From contig NZEI01000077.1 of the NCBI GenBank assembly GCA_002690405.1, forward strand, positions 7,969-40,769: a DNA stretch of 32,801 bases, read 5' to 3'. Positions within the stretch are counted from its first letter, which is position 1. Each line of letters opens with the position of its first letter. Position numbers and translations under genes: made by a program. Of the stretch, positions 9,369 through 19,575 are shown piece by piece. Source of the stretch: Gammaproteobacteria bacterium. Its GTDB lineage: Bacteria; Pseudomonadota; Gammaproteobacteria; Pseudomonadales; Azotimanducaceae. A model generated the notes under the pieces. It worked only from the letters and a program-made list of their open reading frames with translations. It did not search any database and was not told the origin of the DNA.

Positions 9369-10157
9369 TTAACGGCCTTTAAACACCGCCGAGCGTCTCT
9401 CAATGAACGACTGCACGCCTTCCTTTGCATCGTCACTCGCGAGCAGTCTCTGCTGCGTGGGACCGAGCGCGGCTACCGCAGCATCGAAGCCTTCGACGAC
9501 ATAGCGGCGTGAAGCAGCTTTTGTTTCTTGCACCGCAAGAGGGGCGAGTTCGGCAATCTGTTCAGCGATTTCGATTGCCCTATCAAGTTGAGTTCCGGCT
9601 GGTACGATTTCCTGCACGATACCGATGCGATGGGCTTCGGTCGCGTCAAACTCGTCCGCTGTGAGCAAGTGATACATGGCATTACCCCAACCACCACGGT
9701 CGACAAAGCGGATGGTTGCACCGCCAGTGGCGTGAATTGCGCGCTTTGGTTCGAGTTGGGAGAAGCGGCAGTTATCTGCGGCAATAACGATATCGCCGGC
9801 AAGGGCAAGCTCAATTCCTAGCGTGTAGGTGATGCCGTGGCATGCAGTGACGATGGGCTTCCTGCAGGCGCGCCCAAAGCCTATCGGATCGACAGCGTTG
9901 TTCTCGCCGTCACGGCTCCCACCAGCTTCCATGCGACCGGTCCACTTTGGTAGATCAAGGCCTGCTGTGAAGTGATCGCCGTGACCAAAGATCACGCCAC
10001 AGCGTAATTCATCGTCTTCGTCGAGGCGGGTGAATGCAGCCGTTAATTCCTTTGCCATTTTAGGCGTGTAGCCGTTGTACTTCTGTGGGCGATTGAATCC
10101 GATTAACAGTACGTGGTTGTGTTGTTCGATGCTGATTGAACCCTCGTCGGCTGCCAT
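9369..10157 (-). CDS. Crotonase/enoyl-CoA hydratase with both canonical glutamates
   Basis: FTAGLDL, TLGIELALAGD and FSQLEPKR. Start set at the ATG at 10157 (MAADEG) after AAAGGGAAA. Confidence 0.88.
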   Translation of the reverse strand: MAADEGSISIEQHNHVLLIGFNRPQKYNGYTPKMAKELTAAFTRLDEDDELRCGVIFGHGDHFTAGLDLPKWTGRMEAGGSRDGENNAVDPIGFGRACRKPIVTACHGITYTLGIELALAGDIVIAADNCRFSQLEPKRAIHATGGATIRFVDRGGWGNAMYHLLTADEFDATEAHRIGIVQEIVPAGTQLDRAIEIAEQIAELAPLAVQETKAASRRYVVEGFDAAVAALGPTQQRLLASDDAKEGVQSFIERRSAVFKGR

Positions 10158-10170
10158 GGTTTTCCCTTTT

Positions 10171-11055
10171 TTAAGTAGAGTTGTTGTGCTGGATGATCCA
10201 TGAGAGCAACAGCTCATTGACCAACTCAGGCTGTTCCTGATGCAAAAAGTGGCCCGCACCATTGATTCTTTCGATTTTTAGTCCTGCCGAAAAATGTCGA
10301 GCATGCAGGGGTGAATCGTAAAGTTTGGCTGACATGCAGCCGTCCTCCCAACCAGCGATGGCCAGTGTCGGCGTATTCGTAGGTAACGCCCTAGTGGTTG
10401 CTATTTCTTTGCTCTGAGCGCTGCGGTTATCAAAGCTGTGTCGGTAATAAGTGAGGGCTGCCTTTTTGACGCCCGGTTGTGCAAAGGTGTGCTTTACGGA
10501 TGCTAGAGTCGTTTGAGGAATTTTCCAGGTCGGTGACCAACGATGCCAAAGTTGCTCGATAAACTTCCAGTCTGATCGTTCTACCCACCAATCGGACAAA
10601 CCGCGTAGCTGGAAAAACAGCGTATACCAAGACAGTAGGAGCTGTTTGGGATTGTTACGAATCGCCACAGGTAAATCTTGTAGGGGTGGGATGGCGAGTG
10701 TGGTTAGCGAATGCAGGAGCTCTGGAGCGGTGTTTGCCGTCAAGTAGCCGATCACAGCCCCCCAGTCATGGCCGACCAGATGTGCTTTCTTTGCGCCCAA
10801 TTGGTTAATCCACCCTTGGACGTCTTCCACCATCTTGTTCAGGTGATAGTCGCCATTAGACGGTTGAGACTGTGGTTCGTAACCTCGCAGCATCGGTATG
10901 ACAACCCGAAAACCCGCGTTCACTAAGGCGGGAATCTGTTGATCATAGGAATGATAGTTGTCGGGGAAACCATGGAGACATAGAACCAATGGGCCTTCGC
11001 CGGCCTCAATGGCAGAAAAGCTCAACCGTCCATTTTTCAGCGTGATGTTCTGCAC
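10171..11055 (-). CDS. Alpha/beta hydrolase, epoxide-hydrolase-like
   Basis: Oxyanion motif HGFPD, LRGY, Asp nucleophile elbow GHDWG and catalytic His in AGHFLHQEQP. GTG start. Confidence 0.85.
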   Translation of the reverse strand: MQNITLKNGRLSFSAIEAGEGPLVLCLHGFPDNYHSYDQQIPALVNAGFRVVIPMLRGYEPQSQPSNGDYHLNKMVEDVQGWINQLGAKKAHLVGHDWGAVIGYLTANTAPELLHSLTTLAIPPLQDLPVAIRNNPKQLLLSWYTLFFQLRGLSDWWVERSDWKFIEQLWHRWSPTWKIPQTTLASVKHTFAQPGVKKAALTYYRHSFDNRSAQSKEIATTRALPTNTPTLAIAGWEDGCMSAKLYDSPLHARHFSAGLKIERINGAGHFLHQEQPELVNELLLSWIIQHNNST

Positions 11056-11074
11056 GGTTAGGTTTCAGGCTGTG

Positions 11075-12784
11075 CTATTGAACGCGGGGATCGTTTTGCG
11101 CACCCCGAATCAGTTTGCCCGGTAGTGCCCCGGTTGGTTCACCGTCTTGATAAATGATCTCACCAGAAACGATGGTTGCTTTGATCCCATCCGCTCGTTG
11201 CAAGAATCTTTTACCGCCAGCGGGCAGATCGTAGGTGATATGCGGTCTGTGCAGCTGCAGATTTTCGAAGTCGATGACGTTGATGTCTGCTTTCATGCCC
11301 GGCGCGAGGATCCCACGGTCGTACAAAGAATACAGCTCCGCTGGCTGTCTTGTGACCATTTGAACACCCTGCTCGAGACTAAAGCAGCCTTGCTCTTTTA
11401 CCCATTTGCTCAACAGGAAGAGGTTGGCACTGGCATCGCAGATGGAACCTACATGTGCGCCGCCATCCCCTAAGGCAGCGACGGTTCTGGGGTGACCCAG
11501 CATCTCGGGGATATTTTCGGAGAAATTAGCGCCTGGAATATAAATCAGTGCGTTGCCATTGTTGGTCAGAAAGTAGTCATAGAGCCATTCTTCTGCGTCC
11601 CTGTTTTCCGCCGCAGCCAGCGCAGAGATGCACCGCTTAGGATCCGGGAGGTATTCAATGGGATCCTCCAAAACGTACATGTTGTTGTAGTTGTTGCGAA
11701 CAAGTTTGACAAAAATGTGAGGGTTGTCATTCGACTCGCTAAGGATACTGGCCTTGGTGTCAGGATTATGCAGGGCCGCGATTTTTTCATCCCAGGGCAG
11801 CCCGTTTAGCGCTTTAAAACTCGGGCGATCATAGAATGGGCTCATGGAGGCTTGATGGCCCATCATGATACCTACCGGACGAGAGAGAACCTGACCGTAT
11901 ATATCTAAGCCTTTGGCCTGGGCAGCTTCAATTCTCTTGAGCTGTTCGTGCCATAAGTCTGGTGTGGTGGCGATATCCAGTAGTGTGAAGGTGCCTTTGG
12001 CCCCGGTGGTCTCGGCGGTTTGGGTGAGGATGCTAAATTCATCATCGGCATCCTGCCAGTCGGCAATAAATTGGAAAACATGTCCCTGATCCCCGGCGAG
12101 CGCTTGGGTAATTTGCACCAGCTCGCTACCTACCGCCTGATATGTGGGAACGAAGTCGCCTGTACTGGAGCGGTGTACCAACGTGCGAGACGTTGAGAAT
12201 CCTACGCCTCCCGCAGCAACGCTTTCTGCCAACAGCGCTTTCATTTTGGCTATATCGTCTTCAGTTGCAGGTTCCCGGTTGACCCCTCGTTCACCCATGA
12301 CGTAAACGCGAAGAGGGCCGTGCGGTACGAGTGCTGCAAGATCAATATCGTGTGGACGAGATTCGATGCAGTCGAGAAATTCAGGGAACGTCTCCCAGGT
12401 CCAGGGTAAACCCTCGCTCATGGCCGACTCAGGAATTTCTTCCACGCCCTCCATTAATTTGACCAGCACGTCTCGATCTTCTGGTCGGCAGGGTGCAAAA
12501 CCAACGCCACAGTTGCCCATCACGACGGTGGTTGTGCCAAGATTCGATGACGGGTTGAGATGCGTATCCCAAGTCGCCTGCCCATCGTAGTGCGTATGTA
12601 CATCAACAAATCCCGGCGTAATGATCATGCCGGTAGCGTCGATTTCTCTTGCTGCCTCGCTCTCTATCGAGGCCTGAATTAGGGCGATTTTGCTCCCTTT
12701 GATAGCGATGTCAGCCTGCATCGATGCGGCGCCCGTGCCGTCAATGATGCTGCCATTGCGAATAATAAGGTCGTAATTGTTCAT
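11075..12784 (-). CDS. Amidohydrolase, N-acyl-D-amino-acid deacylase-like
   Basis: PGFVDVHTHYD, MGNCGVGFAP, DGGAHV and GMKADINVID. Confidence 0.88.
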   Translation of the reverse strand: MNNYDLIIRNGSIIDGTGAASMQADIAIKGSKIALIQASIESEAAREIDATGMIITPGFVDVHTHYDGQATWDTHLNPSSNLGTTTVVMGNCGVGFAPCRPEDRDVLVKLMEGVEEIPESAMSEGLPWTWETFPEFLDCIESRPHDIDLAALVPHGPLRVYVMGERGVNREPATEDDIAKMKALLAESVAAGGVGFSTSRTLVHRSSTGDFVPTYQAVGSELVQITQALAGDQGHVFQFIADWQDADDEFSILTQTAETTGAKGTFTLLDIATTPDLWHEQLKRIEAAQAKGLDIYGQVLSRPVGIMMGHQASMSPFYDRPSFKALNGLPWDEKIAALHNPDTKASILSESNDNPHIFVKLVRNNYNNMYVLEDPIEYLPDPKRCISALAAAENRDAEEWLYDYFLTNNGNALIYIPGANFSENIPEMLGHPRTVAALGDGGAHVGSICDASANLFLLSKWVKEQGCFSLEQGVQMVTRQPAELYSLYDRGILAPGMKADINVIDFENLQLHRPHITYDLPAGGKRFLQRADGIKATIVSGEIIYQDGEPTGALPGKLIRGAQNDPRVQ

Positions 12785-12802
12785 CGCTGTCCCCGTTGTT
12801 TG

Positions 12803-13939
12803 TTAAAAGCCCAATGTTGCGGCGTACCTGTCGCGATGAAAGCCGGCGTTGCCGTAACGAACTTCCAGTGCGCGGGCGCGTTTAAGATAAAAACCGGCGT
12901 CAAAGTCATCGGTCATGCCTATGCCGCCGTGGATTTGAATGAGTTGTGTTGACATCTCGTGTAGGTAGTCGCTCAGCCGTGATTTTGCAAGGGAGCACAT
13001 TTGAGGGACGATATCCACATCTTCGTCAATGGCCTGTAGTGCCGCTTCTGCACATGATCGGGCGAGTTCCAAACCAGTGAACAGGGCAGCTGCACGATGG
13101 CCCAAGGCCTGAAAGGATCCGATGGGCTGTCCAAACTGTTCGCGTGTCTTTAAATAATCCAGAGTCATATCAAAAGCCTGCGCCGCACAGCCGAGCATCT
13201 CTGCACCCAAGCCCGCCCGGGCCCGGTCGAGTATTGCGTCAAGAGCTTCCCATCCACCGTCAATCTCTCCCAGCGCCGCCTCGACAGATACCTCGACGTC
13301 AGAAAACGTGACATTGGCATAACCACGGCTGTCTGCCGTGGAGAGCATTTCGCGAGTGATTCCCGCACTGTCTGCTGAGACCAAAAATAGGGTGATGCCG
13401 TGAGTGTCGCCGGGTGCCCCATTGGTTCTTGTCGCCACAACAAACGTAGTAGCGGCCATGCCCTCCAGAACGAACCCTTTTTTGCCGTTTAGCCGGTATC
13501 CTGACTGGGACGCTTGCGCTGACAAGGCAATTTCGGTCGGAGCGTGGCGGTTTGATTCATCGACGGCGAGAGTCAGAATTTCGCTCCCGTCAACGATCTT
13601 TGGTAGGTACAACTGTTTTTGATGGTCGTTGCCCGCAATATTCAAAGCGGTAGCACCAACCAAGGCCGAGGCAAAGAGTGGAGACGCAGTGAGTTGGCGC
13701 CCAAGTTCCTCAAGCACAATGCCAAAGGTGAGAAAATCTAGATCAGATCCCCCGTATTCTTCAGGAATCAGGATGCCAGTCCATCCCATATCGATAATTT
13801 CGCTCCAAGTTTGGGCATCGAATCTTTGCTCGGTGCCGCTGTCACGCATGGCACGAAAATTTTTTACAGACGCTTGATTGCTCGCCCAAGCTTTTGCCTG
13901 ATCGCGCATTAATGCCTGTTCATTTGTTAGTGCTGCCAA
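12803..13939 (-). CDS. Acyl-CoA dehydrogenase (beta-type partner subunit)
   Basis: REQFGQPIGSFQAL and QIHGGIGMT. It lacks a WCQGxSEP motif. Start set at the TTG at 13939 after GGGGAGA, because the ORF-track extension overlaps the upstream gene. Confidence 0.87.
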   Translation of the reverse strand: MAALTNEQALMRDQAKAWASNQASVKNFRAMRDSGTEQRFDAQTWSEIIDMGWTGILIPEEYGGSDLDFLTFGIVLEELGRQLTASPLFASALVGATALNIAGNDHQKQLYLPKIVDGSEILTLAVDESNRHAPTEIALSAQASQSGYRLNGKKGFVLEGMAATTFVVATRTNGAPGDTHGITLFLVSADSAGITREMLSTADSRGYANVTFSDVEVSVEAALGEIDGGWEALDAILDRARAGLGAEMLGCAAQAFDMTLDYLKTREQFGQPIGSFQALGHRAAALFTGLELARSCAEAALQAIDEDVDIVPQMCSLAKSRLSDYLHEMSTQLIQIHGGIGMTDDFDAGFYLKRARALEVRYGNAGFHRDRYAATLGF

Positions 13940-13961
13940 CCTATTTCTCCCCTGTGGATGC

Positions 13962-15158
13962 TTAGCCTTGCTGTGTGGTTTCCGGCAAGCCCAAAATATT
14001 TTTCGAAATGATGTTGTATTGAATCTCAAAGGAACCGCCGGCAATGGAGGCTGCCATGCCGTAAAGCCAGCTTCTGACGGTTTCCAGTTCATTCGGATCG
14101 AACGCATCACCCTCCCAGCCAAGACCTTGGTCGCCCATGATCTCCAATATCAGGTCGGCCCGAGTTTGCGACACATGGGTTGCAGAATTTTTCAGGATTG
14201 AGGACGCGGCAGACACCTCTACGTTGCCTTTCGCTTCGGCAGCAATGCGCCCTAATGTCAGCGCATGTGACTGCCGATCCATCAAATGATTAGCCAGTCG
14301 TTGCCGCAGATCAGCGTCAGCAAGTTTGCCCGAATCGTCGAGGCCCACGTAGCGCTCCGCAATGTCTTGGACACGTTCTGATTTGGCCCCAGCGGTGCGT
14401 GCACCGATCTGACTTTGCCTTTCGTGCTGTAAAAGTCGTTTAACGACGCTCCAGCCATCGTTTAGCTCGCCGAGCAAATCCGACTTGTCTGCTACCGCGT
14501 CAGTGAAAAAAGTCTCACAGAAAGCCGAGGCCCCGGAAATGAGTTTCAGCGGACGGGGCTCTACTCCCTCTTGATCCATAGGCAGCATTACAAAGCTTAT
14601 GCCATTGCGTTTTTTAGCGTCAGGATCTGTGCGAACCACGGCGCCACACCAATTTGAATGGTGGGCGCCTGATGTCCAGATTTTTGATCCATTAACTAGA
14701 TAGCAGTCACCGTTGTCTTCGGCTCGGGTGCGCAAAGAAGCCAGATCCGAGCCTGCGCCTGGCTCGGATAAACCTAGGCACCAGGTCACCTCGCCGCGGG
14801 CGATGGGAATTAGGTGTTTTTTCTTCTGTTCTTCAGTGCCGTAGTCGAGGATTGTCGGCCCGACCATAGTTACGCCCATAAGTGCGATGGTGGGAATAGG
14901 GTTAAACGCATCGGCGTCTGACAATTCGTCGGTGATGATACGTTCCTCTTTCTGGCTAAAGCCGGCGCCACCGTATTCTTTCGGCCAGGTCGGGGCTCCC
15001 CAACCTTTCTCCGCCAATCGTTGCCGCCAGAGTTCGTGGTCGGCTTCCAGCGCAGGTGCGTAGCCAACTGTCGCGGGATTTTGGCCTGCCAGAGTTCGTG
15101 GAAAGTTTTCCGCGATCCACTGTTTGACCTCAGCACGAAAGCTATGTTGTTCATTCAT
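13962..15158 (-). CDS. Acyl-CoA dehydrogenase (alpha-type subunit)
   Basis: WCLGLSEPGAGSDLA, NGSKIWTS, LLQHER and SIAGGSFEIQ. Confidence 0.9.
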   Translation of the reverse strand: MNEQHSFRAEVKQWIAENFPRTLAGQNPATVGYAPALEADHELWRQRLAEKGWGAPTWPKEYGGAGFSQKEERIITDELSDADAFNPIPTIALMGVTMVGPTILDYGTEEQKKKHLIPIARGEVTWCLGLSEPGAGSDLASLRTRAEDNGDCYLVNGSKIWTSGAHHSNWCGAVVRTDPDAKKRNGISFVMLPMDQEGVEPRPLKLISGASAFCETFFTDAVADKSDLLGELNDGWSVVKRLLQHERQSQIGARTAGAKSERVQDIAERYVGLDDSGKLADADLRQRLANHLMDRQSHALTLGRIAAEAKGNVEVSAASSILKNSATHVSQTRADLILEIMGDQGLGWEGDAFDPNELETVRSWLYGMAASIAGGSFEIQYNIISKNILGLPETTQQG

Positions 15159-15203
15159 AGTGATTATTTCCTTTTCCTAAGCTTGGGCTGTTTTGCCAGA
15201 ATC

Positions 15204-15488
15204 TTATATTGCTACCGCGATTCTTGGCCATCTTCTATTTTGATATAAGCACCGATTCCGTACTCCGACGGTGGCGAGATAAGGTACAGAAGTGCCGAAT
15301 CGATATGCGTGGATCTTTTTAGCCAGTTCGTTTGCTGGAATCGCGCGACGCCCTACGAGCGCAACCTTGGTGCCGCAGACAGGCTGAACAGGCGCAAATA
15401 GGCGCCCAAGGCCCGAAATCGTGCCAGTGACCAGAGCAACGTGGTCGGTTAAATCGTTGGGTAAGTAGGGTGTTGGTAAATCCGCCAT
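15204..15488 (-). pseudogene. Truncated, degenerate SDR N-terminus
   Basis: DLTDHVALVTGTISGLGRLFA...KVALVGRR...ELAKKI is the first ~60 aa of a Rossmann SDR. No NAG or YxxxK motif follows, and the ORF is only 94 codons. Confidence 0.7.
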
Positions 15489-15520
15489 GAAAAACTTCTG
15501 CCCAGTGTGGTGTCTTTATT

Positions 15521-15536
15521 AACTATGGTACTAGAT
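15521..15536. promoter_or_regulatory. Candidate operator site 2 (AACTATGGTACTAGAT)
   Basis: Variant of the recurring motif in the divergent gap 15489-15622. Confidence 0.45.
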
Positions 15537-15588
15537 GGTTCGAGCTTTATTGCACAACCTAACGCCGGCGCAGTTGAGCCACCGCTTT

Positions 15589-15604
15589 AACTATGATACT
15601 AATT
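15589..15604. promoter_or_regulatory. Candidate operator site 3 (AACTATGATACTAATT)
   Basis: Shares TATGATACTAATTA exactly with site 1 and TTAACTATGATACT exactly with site 6. Confidence 0.62.
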
Positions 15605-15622
15605 AGGCGTGGAGGTGCAAGG

Positions 15623-16831
15623 ATGACAGAATTAGAGAAGCATTCAACAAGATACAACGGTCCAATGTTTGACGCTGACAATCATTACTACGAAGCGGAG
15701 GACGCATTTACTCGTTATGTACCGAAGCGTATGCAGCGGCGTTGCGTTCAATGGATCGAGATGAAGGATGGAAAAAGACATCATCTGATTGCTGGGAAAA
15801 TTAATCATTCGGTTGGTAATCCGACGTTCAACCCAGTTTCCAAGCCTGGTGTCCTCAGAGAGTATTATCATGGTAATCCGCGCGGGTTAACCTTCGTTGA
15901 ACTTACTCACTCGGCGCTTGAGGAGATGCGGCCTGAGTATATGGATCGTGACCGCAGACTCGAGAAGCTCGCGGAACAAGGGCTTGAGGGTGCTTGGCTG
16001 TTTCCGACGGCTGGAATTCTTTACGAAGAACCGATGGTTCATGACATTGATGCGCTCTGCACCATGTTTGAGGCTTTCAATCGATGGCTGGATGACGATT
16101 GGGGCTTGAACTACCAAGACAAGTTATTTGCTGCACCGTATATCACGCTAGCGGATGTTGATTTTGCCTGCCGCGAACTCGAGTGGGCCTTAGAAAGAGA
16201 TGCTCGGGTGCTGGTGATGCGTCCTTCGGCGGTCTGTACGCGTGATGGCTACTTCGCCCCATCCAATGAACGCTTCGATCCCTTTTGGGCAAGAGTGAAT
16301 GAGGCCGGCATCACTGTCGTGGCGCACACTGGGTCGAATGGTTATACGTCAAATGGCTATGGTAAGGATTCTTCATTGGAAATACTCGGCGGCGGGCGTA
16401 AACCAACTGTCACCGGGCTGATAGGAGAACGATCGATTTATGACTTTCTGCTGACGATGGCTTATGACAAGTTGTTTGAGCGCTTCCCTAATCTACGCAT
16501 AGCCTCAGTTGAAAATGGTTCGGGTTTTTTGGCGGATCTTTTTGTCAAGCTGGAGCACTCAAAAGTGAGAATGCCCAAGTATTATGAGCAAGATCCAGCT
16601 GATTTATTTCGTCATCATGTTTGGATCAACCCCTTCTGGGAGGACAAGATTTCTGATGTTATTGGGCACATGGGTGCGGATCGTGTGCTCTTCGGATCCG
16701 ACTGGCCACATATGGAAGGCCTGGAACAGCCGCGGGACATTTTTACTGAATTAGATGGCGTTACATTGGAACAGCAGAAGGTTGTGTTGCACGACAACGC
16801 GGTCGCGCTTAATCAGCGCCTCCCCATATAA
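15623..16831 (+). CDS. Amidohydrolase-2 family protein, paralog A
   Basis: FDADNHYYEA, FERFPNLRIASVENG and VLFGSDWPHMEG. GGAGG precedes the ATG at 15623. Confidence 0.87.
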   Translation: MTELEKHSTRYNGPMFDADNHYYEAEDAFTRYVPKRMQRRCVQWIEMKDGKRHHLIAGKINHSVGNPTFNPVSKPGVLREYYHGNPRGLTFVELTHSALEEMRPEYMDRDRRLEKLAEQGLEGAWLFPTAGILYEEPMVHDIDALCTMFEAFNRWLDDDWGLNYQDKLFAAPYITLADVDFACRELEWALERDARVLVMRPSAVCTRDGYFAPSNERFDPFWARVNEAGITVVAHTGSNGYTSNGYGKDSSLEILGGGRKPTVTGLIGERSIYDFLLTMAYDKLFERFPNLRIASVENGSGFLADLFVKLEHSKVRMPKYYEQDPADLFRHHVWINPFWEDKISDVIGHMGADRVLFGSDWPHMEGLEQPRDIFTELDGVTLEQQKVVLHDNAVALNQRLPI

Positions 16832-16837
16832 GTACCA

Positions 16838-17926
16838 ATGTACCCGGACTATCAATCTAAGTTCCCAGAGCTCGGATTTTACGGTCTGCCGGGGCATACT
16901 CGCTCGCCGCGGGATATCCTCAAACAAGCTCAGGACGCGGAGGCCTTGGGTATCGGTAACATCATGATTTCCGAGCGACCGGACTATAAAGAGGTATCCG
17001 CCATCTGCGGCGCGGTTGCTGCGGTAACGAGTAAAATGTTCATCGGTAGTTCTGCTACTAATCTCAATAAACGCCACCCGACCGTGACGGCCTCAATGGC
17101 TAGTACATTACATCGCTTGTCAGAAGGCCGTTTTGCCTTGGGTTTGGCCAAGGGTGTTGCTGCGGGTTGGCGCGCTCGTGGTATGCAACCGATTAACTAT
17201 AAGAGTGAGCGCGAGTTTATTGATCTCATGCGCCGGCTCTGGAGCGGCGAAACAATAAGGGACTATGACGGTGCCGTGGGGAAGTACCCGGTATTGTCTC
17301 TTGCCCAATATCTAAATGAGGCTATGCCTATTTTGTACGTAGGCTTCGGTCCCAAGAGCCTGGAACACGCCGGCCGCGTTTACGATGGAACCCACCTGCA
17401 TACATTCATGAACGACAAGGCCTTATCTGATTCCGTTGCTCGGGTGCGAGCGGGGGAGGTAGCAGCTGGACGAAAGTCCGGTGAGGTCAAAAACTGGTCG
17501 GTTTACGCCACCTGCTGCGATGTTAGCGAAGAAACCTATCTACGGCACATCGTGGCACGTCTGGCTAGTTATCTTCAGATACCTGGCTATGGGGAAATGT
17601 TGGTACAGATCAACGGTTGGGATCCAGAAGTCTTGAGGTCTTTTCGCGAGTCAGTTGCGGTTCGCAAAGTAGGTGGATTTATAGACAGCGTTGCCACCAT
17701 CGCCCAGTTGGCTGAAATTGAGCGAATCATTCCTCAGGAGTGGCGGCCTGCGGCTGTAGGTAATGCGAGGCAGTGTGCGGAAGCGTGGCTTACGCAATTT
17801 GAAGCGGGGGCTGATGGCATCATTGTGCATGCGAGCACCCCCGAAGAGTTTGCGCCAGTGTTGGCAGAGTACGAAAAGATTCGCCCAGTGAGCCTTTTTG
17901 CGGGTCGAACGAATCGACCGGGTTAG
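16838..17926 (+). CDS. LLM oxidoreductase resembling the F420-dependent MSMEG_2249 family
   Basis: ELGFYGLPGH, ISER, ATNLNKRHP, LHRLSEGRFALGL and GADGIIVH. Confidence 0.82.
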   Translation: MYPDYQSKFPELGFYGLPGHTRSPRDILKQAQDAEALGIGNIMISERPDYKEVSAICGAVAAVTSKMFIGSSATNLNKRHPTVTASMASTLHRLSEGRFALGLAKGVAAGWRARGMQPINYKSEREFIDLMRRLWSGETIRDYDGAVGKYPVLSLAQYLNEAMPILYVGFGPKSLEHAGRVYDGTHLHTFMNDKALSDSVARVRAGEVAAGRKSGEVKNWSVYATCCDVSEETYLRHIVARLASYLQIPGYGEMLVQINGWDPEVLRSFRESVAVRKVGGFIDSVATIAQLAEIERIIPQEWRPAAVGNARQCAEAWLTQFEAGADGIIVHASTPEEFAPVLAEYEKIRPVSLFAGRTNRPG

Positions 17927-17964
17927 TTTTAACAATACAAAAAGAAATAGAGAGGAAACATGCT

Positions 17965-18789
17965 ATGTCGGGATTGATAGATTTCTCGGGTAAACGTGTT
18001 GTGGTCACAGGGGGATATTCCGGTATTGGTGCTGCCTTGGTTGAGTTGCTCTGCGATGCAGGTGCAGATCAGATTGTGGTGCTGGATATAAAGGAGCCAC
18101 AAGCCAGCGTGGCTGAGTTTATTGAAACGGATATGGGCAACCCTACGTCGATCGATGCGGCGGTAGCTCGACTCAACGCCGATGGGGCGCCGGCGGTAGA
18201 TGTGCTCTTTAACAACGCAGGCGTTGCCGCCACGCTCCCCGCGGAAACGGTTATGCGCGTAAATACGCTCGGCTTGAAGCGTTTAACCGAGCGTTTATTA
18301 CCGACCATTGCCTCAGGTGGGGCGATCGTGAACACGGCGTCTGTGGCGGGGAATCGCTGGCCTGAGCATCTTCAGCAAATCAACGGCTTGCTGGACACAG
18401 AAGGATGGGATGAAGGTGTATCTTGGGTGGCCGGTAATGCCGAAGTTGTTGCTGACGGTTATGCTTTCTCTAAAGAGTGCGTACAGGTTTACACCATGCG
18501 CATGGCGAAAACTGCAACTGAACACAGATTGCGCATCAACAGCATCTGTCCTTCTCCAGTGGACACGCCGCTGCTTCCTGCATTCAGAGAAACTATGACG
18601 GATGAAATCATTGATTGGTCGATTGAAGCGGGCGCAGGCCGAGTAGCAACACCTCAGGATCAAGCGCGCGCGTTGATCTTTTTAGGGTCTGACATGGCAA
18701 GCTACGTCAATGGCGTCAACCTTGTTGTTGACGGCGGCTTCGGCGCTGCGCTGCTGATGGGCCAGGTGGCATTGCCAAACCTAGGTTGA
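17965..18789 (+). CDS. SDR, coniferyl-alcohol / 3-alpha-hydroxysteroid dehydrogenase-like subfamily
   Basis: TGGYSGIG, NNAGV and YAFSK, with the subfamily's long insertion between the catalytic Ser and Tyr, and NGVNLVVDGG. Confidence 0.85.
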   Translation: MSGLIDFSGKRVVVTGGYSGIGAALVELLCDAGADQIVVLDIKEPQASVAEFIETDMGNPTSIDAAVARLNADGAPAVDVLFNNAGVAATLPAETVMRVNTLGLKRLTERLLPTIASGGAIVNTASVAGNRWPEHLQQINGLLDTEGWDEGVSWVAGNAEVVADGYAFSKECVQVYTMRMAKTATEHRLRINSICPSPVDTPLLPAFRETMTDEIIDWSIEAGAGRVATPQDQARALIFLGSDMASYVNGVNLVVDGGFGAALLMGQVALPNLG

Positions 18790-18813
18790 GTATTTTCGAT
18801 TGCGCGTGGTATT

Positions 18814-19575
18814 TCACTTCGGAGCGAATCGTTGACCTGCGTCTACTCTCACAGTGCCGCCATTCATCATGGCATTTTCGTACATAGAGATCGCTTGAAT
18901 TGCGAAATGTTCTGGCTTGCCCATTCGCTTCGGGAAAGCAGCGTCTTTGGTTAGTTGCAGAGCGAACTCGTCCGGGATCGCTGATGTAAGCCCGGTATCG
19001 AACAGGCTCGGTGCTATACAGTTGGCGCGAATTCCTAGTGAGCCCAAGTCCCTGGCCATCACAAAGGTCATGCCAACGATCCCTGCCTTAGCTGCTGAGT
19101 AAGCTACCTGGCCTATCTGGCCTTCGAACGCGGCAATAGATGCGGTGTTGATGATGCAGCCCCGTTCTCCTTCCTCGTTGGGTTCATTTCTGGACATGTG
19201 CTCAGCGACCAAACGACTGATGTTGAATGAGGCGATGAGGTTGAGGTCTACAACCCGCCGAAACTCATCAAGAGAGTGAGGCCCGTCTTTCGCCAGTGTA
19301 CGTTGCGCAGCACCGCCGCCGGCCGTATTTACGCAAAAGTGCGCACTCCCCAGTGCGTTTACCGCATCCGCGATAGCTTTTTCGGCGGCTTCGAATTCCA
19401 TGACATTACATTCGTGATAGCTACCCCCAAGGCGCTCGGCAACCGCCGCACCATCAGAGCTCGGCAGATCGAGAATGGCGACATTGCCACCTCGCTCTTT
19501 AAATTTTTCTGCGGTTGCCAAGGCCATACCGGAAGCGCCACCGACGAAAATGCCGTTGTGATCTTTAATGTTCAT
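18814..19575 (-). CDS. SDR, type-2 3-hydroxyacyl-CoA dehydrogenase (HSD10-like)
   Basis: GGASGMA, GERGCIINTASIAAFEGQIGQVAYSAAKAG and ARDL. Confidence 0.9.
   Translation of the reverse strand: MNIKDHNGIFVGGASGMALATAEKFKERGGNVAILDLPSSDGAAVAERLGGSYHECNVMEFEAAEKAIADAVNALGSAHFCVNTAGGGAAQRTLAKDGPHSLDEFRRVVDLNLIASFNISRLVAEHMSRNEPNEEGERGCIINTASIAAFEGQIGQVAYSAAKAGIVGMTFVMARDLGSLGIRANCIAPSLFDTGLTSAIPDEFALQLTKDAAFPKRMGKPEHFAIQAISMYENAMMNGGTVRVDAGQRFAPK

Noticed and set aside
9150-9512. Intact 120-aa protein
   Set aside because: The C-terminal part is antisense to the crotonase gene. Only the first ~42 codons look protein-like, so it is treated as a remnant.
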